The notes beneath the pieces were generated by a model, which was not told the DNA's origin, searched no databases, and worked only from the letters and a program-made list of their open reading frames with translations. The translations under genes and the position numbers were made by a program. A DNA stretch of 64,000 nt from Octopus vulgaris (taxonomy: Eukaryota). Below are positions 56,094-64,000 of this stretch, piece by piece (the stretch's first letter is position 1; every line of letters starts with the position of its first letter). The stretch is taken from positions 20,832,001 to 20,896,000 of the forward strand of contig OX597826.1 of NCBI GenBank assembly GCA_951406725.2, given 5' to 3'.

Positions 56094-56791
56094 TAGGCTC
56101 AGATGGAGTGGTCATCTGGTCAGAATGAAGGATTCAAGGATGCCAAAACAACTCTTTTATGGAGAGTTAGCTAAAGGAGACCTCCACATAAACCAAAAAA
56201 GAGGTATAAGGACTTGCTGAAGGCTTCCTTCAGAGATGCTTGCATCTCTCCTGACACATGGGAGGGCATAGCTATTGATCATAGCAGGTGGAGAAGGATT
56301 GTGCATGAGGGGACAGCCATGTTTGAGAAATCTCGAGTTGCACATGAGAAAGTAAAGAGGGATGTCAGGAAGGGCATCGCTGTTACACTTCCAGAAGGGA
56401 AGGGTCTTCCTTTGATTCTGACATGCAATGTCTGTGCAAGACCCTGCCTCAGTAAAGCTGAACTCATGAGTCATCTTCATAGTCATAAAACGAGACAGAT
56501 GAGTGACAACCTGGCCACTGGTGGTGGTGTAACACACCATACTAATCATATCTGTCAGGCATGTGGAAGAGAGTGTAATTCGGCAGGAGAACTTAAACGA
56601 CATGCAAAGGTACATGAAGCCCAGTTACAACTACAGCCAGCTATTACCAGTAAAGGTCTTAGTTGCCAATTTTGTACAAGACATTGTAGATCTTTAGCTG
56701 GGCTAAAAAGTCACATTCGATCACAGCACCAGTAACAGTTAAGCTTCGTGCAATGGCCATACTCGATAACGAGGGGGCAGCCATAATAATA
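56094..56791 (+). mobile_element. 5'-truncated RTE-clade LINE with 13-bp TSD and three C-terminal C2H2 zinc fingers
   Basis: RLRWSGHLVRMKDSRMPKQLFYGEL, a frameshift, then ORF 56214-56735 (TWEGIAIDHSRWR, three CxxC-x12-H-x3/4-H). It has a 3' stem-loop (ctcgataacgag), an (ATA)n tail and TSD ATATGTGTGTGCA at 56081-56093 and 56792-56804. Confidence 0.92.
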
Positions 56792-56979
56792 ATATGTGTG
56801 TGCAAAAACATCACAAAAACTGTTACTCTGAGTAACAGTTTTTGTGATGTTTTAGCAGCTTTATTAATAAAGCATATTACTCTACCCCCTGTAGTTGAGT
56901 ACTATTTTTCGCCACCTTGTTTCACATTAATGTGCTTACTCTGGTATGTATATGTATATATATATATATATGTATATAT

Positions 56980-57115
56980 GATGGGCTTCTTTCATTTTCC
57001 ATCGACCAAATTCACTCACAAGACTTTCTTCAGCCTGGTGTTATAGTAGAAAACACTTGCTCTCGGTGCCATGCAGTGGAACTGAACCCAGAACCATGTG
57101 ATTGGGAAGCAAATT
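56980..57115 (-). mobile_element. SINE family B, 5' half
   Basis: Minus strand reads ggttctgggttcagttccactgcatggcacc...caagtgttttctactataac. A weaker copy lies at 55300-55475. Confidence 0.7.
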
Positions 57116-57151
57116 GTGTGTGGTGTCTGTGTCTGTGTGTGATGATGATGA

Positions 57152-57208
<57 letters not shown>

Positions 57209-57323
57209 TACATATATTCATATATATATATATATATATATATACATACACATATATATATACATACATATATATATATACATATATACATATATATATA
57301 TATACACACACACATACACACAC

Positions 57324-57361
<38 letters not shown>

Positions 57362-58050
57362 TATGCCAGTATGGTTCACTAGATGTGTAATGTCAATGTG
57401 CATGTTCGACAGAGTGTAAGCATCCTGAAAGAAAAGTTAGGCATAAGAGGAATCAGGTGTGGTGTGCAAGAGAGATGACTGCACTGGTATGGTCATATGA
57501 TGTGTATGGATGAGGATAGCTATGTAAAGCAGTGCCGATCTCTAACTGTTGAGGGAACCTGTGGTAGAGTTAGACCCAGGAAGACATGGGACTAAGTTGT
57601 GAAGCATGATCTTTGATCTCACAGATGCAATGACTAGTGACCTATCAAGCCAAGTGCACCAGTGCTGGTGTCATGTAAAGAACATCTTTTGCATGTTGGG
57701 CCTCACGCAGGCAAAGTGGCTGAGTTCCTTTTGAGTGTTGGGCCTCACAGAGGCAATCACCAAAACCTTTGGCATTATGCTGTGCTTGAGAAGAAGACCC
57801 ATCAAGCCAAGCAAAATCACAGTCATGGCAGATACTGGTGTCACGCAAATGGCACTTGTGCCTGTGACAGGTAAAAGTACCTCAGAGTGTTTGGCGTTGT
57901 GAGGAGGGGCATCCAGCTGTAGAGAACCATGCCAAATCAGACTGGAGTCTGGTGCAGCCTTCCAGCATGCCAGCCCTGGTGAAACCATCCAACCAATGCC
58001 AGCATGGACAACGGACGTTAAATGATTTTGATGATGATGATGATGATGAT
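57362..58050 (+). mobile_element. RTE-clade LINE 3' fragment (second family) with 3' UTR and (GAT)n tail
   Basis: [69 protein letters not shown] (R-x-L-x-W-x-GH...RP-x-K-x-W), then a UTR ending ggacgttaaatga..gatgatgat. Confidence 0.85.
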
Positions 58051-58071
58051 ATATACATATACACATAGACA

Positions 58072-58116
<45 letters not shown>

Positions 58117-58671
58117 TACATAAATACAGACACACACACACATATATATAGTCTCCATGTATGTATACATATAATCTTTCACCATGATTTTAACGTCCAA
58201 TATAGCATGGATTGAATGAGACCTTTTGAGTATGATAGACCCAGTTTCCATTCAGACTCCGCCATTCACCAGGAGAAGTTCCAGTGCAATATTTCATGGA
58301 TATCAATGGGAAATCATTGTAGCTTCTTCTCTCTCATTTAATATCATTCCAGCTTCTTTTATGTCTGCCCTACAACAGAAGTGGGGGGGGGAGTGATTAT
58401 AAGTATATGGTGTGGTTGGTTGTCTTTTTTTCTCTGTTCCTATTGTAAAAGGATAATTAGGATAATTAAAATAATTAGTATAAATACTAATGGTGTTAGC
58501 ATAATTAGTATGAATAGCAAATATTTCTCTGCATGCATGTGTGTGTGTGTGCGTGCACACGTAGGTTTATTTCCTAAAGCAGCATTTAAATATTTTTATG
58601 TTAAAAGCAGAGATATATATTATATATAACATAATACAATATGATATATATATATACAATATAATACATAC

Positions 58672-58724
<53 letters not shown>

Positions 58725-58870
58725 CACACACACATGTACACAGACATTAGCATATATATTTGCATGCACACACATGCAAGCACATACACATATATGTATT
58801 GTTTGTATTGTTTTGGAATATATACACATGTGTGTACATGTGTATATATATATGTTTGTCTGTGTGTGTG

Positions 58871-58902
<32 letters not shown>

Positions 58903-59409
58903 AGTGTATTTATATATATATATGTATGTATGAATATATATAATTCATAACTGAGTCAGTCCTATAAATCTATAAACAGTAAATTCCTGTTATAATAAAA
59001 ACATCGACACCCAGCCATGGTCTATATATGTAAAGACTCATTCACAATCAGTCGATCAATATACAAAACATTCATTAGTATGGCCATACAAATCATTTAT
59101 CTTTTGTCATAATGACTGACAATGGAAGCTGTTGTGATCACGAGAAGATTTTGTTCAATATTTTACATCAGCTTATTGAAGCTGATGCACCATCTCCATC
59201 TTTATTGTCCATTTTATTTCTCACACTGACATGTTTAATAAGTAATTTTGCTTTAAGTGTGAATAACCAATTATACAATTATTTTTCAATGTTAAATTTG
59301 AATAAAATTCATAAAATACGTCTTTTTAAATTGTTAAATGCTTTAATTTAAACTGTTTAAATATCTTATGAGGGTTTATTTATGTATTTTTTTGTTTTTA
59401 TTTTTACAG

Positions 59410-59605
59410 CTGGTGAACGAAAAAATATTCTCAATGGCTACCCTCATCATCCGTATGCTCTTGGAGCCCTTCCCTACATGCCACTAAATCACCCCATAAT
59501 GTCACCTCCAGTGTCAATGACAATGGCAAACCATTTAACAATGCGTCCTGAAGCACCGATTATGAAAGAACGCTCAAGTTCAGAATCAGATGTTTTATCT
59601 CCAAA
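59410..59605 (+). CDS. dac: Internal coding exon (196 nt), probably the next constitutive dachshund exon: (A)GERKNILNGYPHHPYALGALPYMPLNHPIMSPPVSMTMANHLTMRPEAPIMKERSSSESDVLSPK
   Basis: Strong acceptor tttttatttttacAG (59408-09) and donor AA|GTAAG (59606). The phase 1 entry (G|CT = Ala) matches the phase 1 exit of exon 20334-20455. The P/M/H/S-rich sequence fits the linker between DD1 and DD2. The gene assignment rests on strand and phase, not on a recognised motif. Confidence 0.75.
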
Positions 59606-59944
59606 GTAAGAAATCTATTTTTTTCATTTCTCCTCTCTCTCAATCTATATCAACAATTTTAGTTCCCAAACTCCTGATATTGCAAGGCCATATTTCCTGC
59701 ACCCCTTATCTTCACCTTAACTGAAAGTCTACATTAAACCAACATATATATATGTATGTATGTGCTGCACTTGGCGTTGTCGGTTCTATATTTACCAATT
59801 GTCATTGATTGATAGAAAACAAATTGTCAGAATTTGTAAGTTAACTTGAGCCACATTTCTAATACTGACTGAAATACAATCAATCCAGCATAAAACATGG
59901 TCCACTATATCACCTCACCACAAACACACACACGCACACACACG

Positions 59945-60007
<63 letters not shown>

Positions 60008-61501
60008 GCGCACACACACATACACACCATCTGAATTGAGATTCCAATAATAATGCTTACACCAATCCCTTTTGTTCTGCTTAGTGCAAAGAGGTAGTAA
60101 CATGCACCAACCTCACCTCATTCTGAAGATGAGACTGTGATGTCTTGCATCGATGATGACAGAGTTGGATTTGATAAAATTATTGAGAGAATATGACTAA
60201 ATACAGGAATGGTTTTAATATAACATAGCAAAAACTTATGCTGTCTCCCATATATATATATATATATATCATCATATACATACATACATATATATTTAAA
60301 TATATATAAATATATATGTGTATGTGTGTGTGTGTGTGTGTGTATATATACATACACACACATATACATATATATATATATATATATATACGTATATATC
60401 TTTACACACACACATATATAGCACAGCCCTCCACCCCTCCTCACACACACATTCACATTCATATACATAAAACTCTATTTAAAAACTCATCTTGTCAAAC
60501 TGATATTAAAAACCTATCAAAGCTCTACAATATGGTTTTTGTTATGAAAAGCTCAGAATGAGAGATTCAAAAAGGAGAACCATTGAAACTCAACCGAAAT
60601 CTATGTTTGTCTTTGATATTTTATGAGAGATAGATAATAGTTTTAACAGAATATTATTACAACCTTTAGATTTTTGCTTGTTTGTGCAAATCAATACACA
60701 GGGACTTTTCCTACGTTTTTTACCTATTTTTTGGTTTGTTTTTCTTTGCGGCCATTTTGTTTGTTGTTTTTTTTGATTCTCCTCAACATAAGAACTGTGA
60801 CAAATATTTCATTTTATTTTATTCTAAAGGATGTTTGGGGTTTTTTTTTTATATATTTTAGAAGAAATATTAAGGATGGCTTTTAGCAGAGAACTTTCAG
60901 AGAAATAGCTTACTGCTTTGTTTTATTTTTTGTTTCAACTTATTTTCTTGTTTATTGTTGTTGTAGTTATTTTGATAATCAGGAACTCTCTTAAAAGCAA
61001 ATGAGTAAATACTCTCACAAACTCTGAAGATTCAAAGAGATTCAAGCCAGTGCTGCTGCTACTGCCGCTGCTGCTGCTTCTGCCGCTGCTACTGCTGCTG
61101 GTGATGTGTTGTAATGTTTTATGTTAAGTACCCAATGAATGGAGAACAGTCTCTGGGGTGCCTGCAAAACTCTACCCTTGCTGTCTTGGGGAAATGATGT
61201 TTATTGAAGAACTGAGAGCCAAGTAAATAATGGTATTGATGTGGGGGGAAGGAAGCTGTTTCATTTGTCACAAGTCCCCCATCCATAATATTGCTGCTGC
61301 TGCTGCTGCTGCTGTTTCTCTTATAGTCCATCTTTGTTTTACAGAGATACTAACACCTTTTTGGCTAACTTGCCGTAATATTACTGTACAATAACAACAA
61401 CAATATTGCTACAGTAATAAGGAAATAATAATAGTAATAATAATAATTATAATAATAATAATAATAATAATAATAATTATTATTATTATAATAATAATAA
61501 T

Positions 61502-61540
<39 letters not shown>

Positions 61541-61541
<1 letters not shown>

Positions 61542-62094
61542 GCCCTGATGCAGTACCAGGCAGTGGCTCTCATGGCTTCTGATCTTAACTGATTGGAAGT
61601 GTTATCATGTACATTGTTTTGTCTTGGTATAAAAGACGGACTACAGCAAATATTCTGCTCAATACCACAGATTTGCTTGTCAGTTGTTTGACCTTAACCA
61701 GTTGAGCATGTCCCTTAGTGGCTGACGATATGTGCATCTCTGATCACGAGCAGAAGTAGTGGGGGAGCATCATGGCCATGTGTTGGGGGGATTCTTTGGG
61801 GTTTGAATAATTCACCTCTGGAAACATGGGTGGTTCTTTCAACATCCTTAAACAACCCTTATTCAGAGACCTTTTGAGTGGGATGGGCTACTCAACCTGA
61901 AGAAAATTCTAACTGGGCCCCACCTGCAAGGTCATGTGCTGTTTATCTTGATATGAGATCACCATGTCGCGCACATATGGTTGTGATGCATGTGCCTGGT
62001 GTACCTTTATCAGACGGGTAGTCATGATGGGTATATTGGGCTTCGTATATTTTACCCCAGTGTCACTTTGATGGCATGCACTGCTCTCTCACTC
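61541..62094 (+). mobile_element. About 550-bp interspersed element inserted in a (TAA)n array
   Basis: Complex sequence with (TAA)n directly on both sides and a second partial copy at 55669-55965. Orientation assigned arbitrarily. Confidence 0.85.
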
Positions 62095-62129
<35 letters not shown>

Positions 62130-62133
<4 letters not shown>

Positions 62134-62330
62134 CCTTTCTACTATAGGCACGGGGCCTGAAATTTGGGGGAGAAGCTAGTCGATTACATTGATCCTAGGG
62201 TTCAACTGGTACTTATGTCATGGACCCCAAAAGGATGAAAATAAAGTCGACTTCAGTGGAATTTGATCTCTGAGCATAAAACTAGAAGAAATGCTGCTAA
62301 GCACTTTCTTCTGCACCAATTCTGCTAGCT
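62130..62330 (-). mobile_element. SINE family A
   Basis: actataggcac...caactggtactta...aaaggatgaaaataaagtcgac...ggaatttga matches the other family-A copies. Confidence 0.75.
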
Positions 62331-62367
62331 TTGAAATGATGATAATAATGGTAAGATATATATATAT

Positions 62368-62725
62368 CATCATCATCATCATCATCATCGTTTAACGTCC
62401 GTTTTCCATGCTAGCATGGGTTGGACGGTTCGACCGAGGTCTGGGAAGCCAGGAGGCTGCACCAGGCTCCAGTCTGATCTGGCAGTGTTTCTACAGCTGG
62501 ATGCCCTTCCTAATGCCAACCACTCCATGAGTGTAGTGGGTGCTTTTTACGTTCCACTAGCACAGGTGCCAGGGGAGGCTGGCAACGATCGGTTGGTGCT
62601 TTTTACATGCCACCGGCACAGAAGCCAGTCAAGGCAGTGCTGGCATCAGCCACGTACGGATGGTGCTTTTTTAAGTGCCACCGGCACAGGTGCCAGGGTA
62701 GGCTGGCAATGGCCACGATCGGTTA
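62368..62725 (-). mobile_element. 3' UTR/tail copy of the RTE family at 57362-58050
   Basis: (CAT)n-cgtttaacgtcc...ctgcaccaggctccagtctgatctggca...ctacagctggatgccc is the reverse complement of about 57905-58050, followed by short tandem sub-repeats (ggtgctttttac...ggcacag). Confidence 0.85.
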
Positions 62726-64000
62726 TATATATGGCATAGTTTGCACCAGCCAGATTTGATCTGTAGCCCTCAGGAAGTTGTCCCATAACAACTTCTATTT
62801 ATCCTCTCTTGTCTTCATCTCTTCTTCCTCCTTCTCACACTTAGAAACCACACTGAAGTACCTTAACTAAATTATTATCAAGGTACCTTAAGTTATCCTG
62901 TGATATTAGAAACAACTTAGATTAATTTCCTGATAAATCAACATCAAATCATTTTACTTTATAATTTTTAATAAATTTAGTTTTATTTCAAGCATTTTTA
63001 GTCTTAAAATCTGTTGACTCCATTTTTTTCCTTGGAATCCATTAAATCTTCCTGTTTTTTCAATTTTTACCTGTCATCTTCAATACCTTATTGCCCTCTC
63101 CCTCCCTCCCACCCTATCTCACCGTCCCCTTCTCTCCGGCCCTCTCTATATCTATCTCTACCCCCCATAACCATTGTTTACACAACTTTATCTGCTTCCT
63201 TCCATTCAGGTTTTCCCAATCTTTTCTCCTATTTTAAATCTTTTAATTACTCATTTTATTTTATGTTTTTCTTATTTTAATTATTGCTATTATAATTATT
63301 CTTTAATACATGCCACATCCCCCACCGCCACCACCACCACCACCACCATCACCACCAACTCCTTCTCTCTCAATTACTAAATTAACTAACGAACCTCTTT
63401 CTTTTCTTTTCTTTTCTTTTCTTTCTTTCTTTCTTTTTTTACCTTCTCCTTTTTAATCACGCTAGCTTTTTCCTTACAATTGGACATATGGCACCGTTTA
63501 CTTTGTAATAATGAAAGCCAGAAGAAATCAGCACAAAAGTTTAATTCGTTCCCAAGCAAGACTACAACTGTCCGGGGTGGGGTTAGGTAGGTGGGGTGGC
63601 AGGAGGAGCTGCACCGGACGACGGAGAGAAAGAAAGGGAAAAACACCAACATCAAGAAGAAAAAAAAACTAAATCTAGATTCACAATAGAAAGTAATCTG
63701 GCCATGAAATGCGTCCTGTCTACAATTTTACTCAGATCTGTTTGGGGGCTTTTTTAGGGGCATTTTTTTTTTGTCATGTCTTAAACGTGTTTTTTTTTGT
63801 ATTTTTTTACTTTGCTGTGGATCAACTTTTAAATGTGGGTGGGAGTGTGTGTTTTGCTTCTTGTAACTGTTTTTTTTTTTATTTATTTACTGTATTTCTT
63901 GATATCCAAGTCTCCTCAATACAGTAGAGAAATAATTGGCACAAATATATACATACACATATGTATACGTTTATATGTATATATGTATGTCCATAAACAC

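Noticed and set aside
56214-56735. Host C2H2 zinc-finger gene
   Set aside because: It continues RTE ORF motifs, ends in a LINE tail and is bounded by a TSD, so it is part of the retroelement.

Overview
This is AT-rich, microsatellite-saturated eukaryotic DNA. The repeat repertoire (tRNA-derived SINEs, RTE LINEs with (GAT)n tails, dense TA/CA/AAT/GAA arrays) points to an Octopus or other coleoid cephalopod genome; that is an inference. Nearly all ORFs in the track are microsatellite artefacts. The window appears to lie inside one large + strand gene, most likely dachshund (dac/DACH). Two coding exons with canonical splice sites (20334-20455, carrying the post-DD1 'SARPGRPPKR' motif, and 59410-59605) join in frame across about 39 kb. 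A 63-nt frame-preserving candidate cassette exon, absent from the ORF track, lies at 40036-40098. The introns hold decayed mobile elements: a DD37D (maT) Tc1/mariner transposon, three R4/Dong-like RLE non-LTR fragments sitting in microsatellites, two CR1-like fragments (one with a nested hAT-like MITE), RTE LINEs (one TSD-flanked copy with three C-terminal C2H2 zinc fingers) and many SINEs. The most unusual signal is a set of short elements built on minimal hammerhead-ribozyme motifs (CTGANGA-stem II-GAAA-palindromic stem III-NUH) of the Penelope/retrozyme type. Several are head-to-head inverted duplications that would form long hairpins, and one is fused to a tRNA-like Pol III head. All sense-strand copies I found have damaged catalytic cores, while one antisense copy keeps an intact core. 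Element boundaries were read by eye and are approximate unless splice sites, TSDs or TIRs are quoted.
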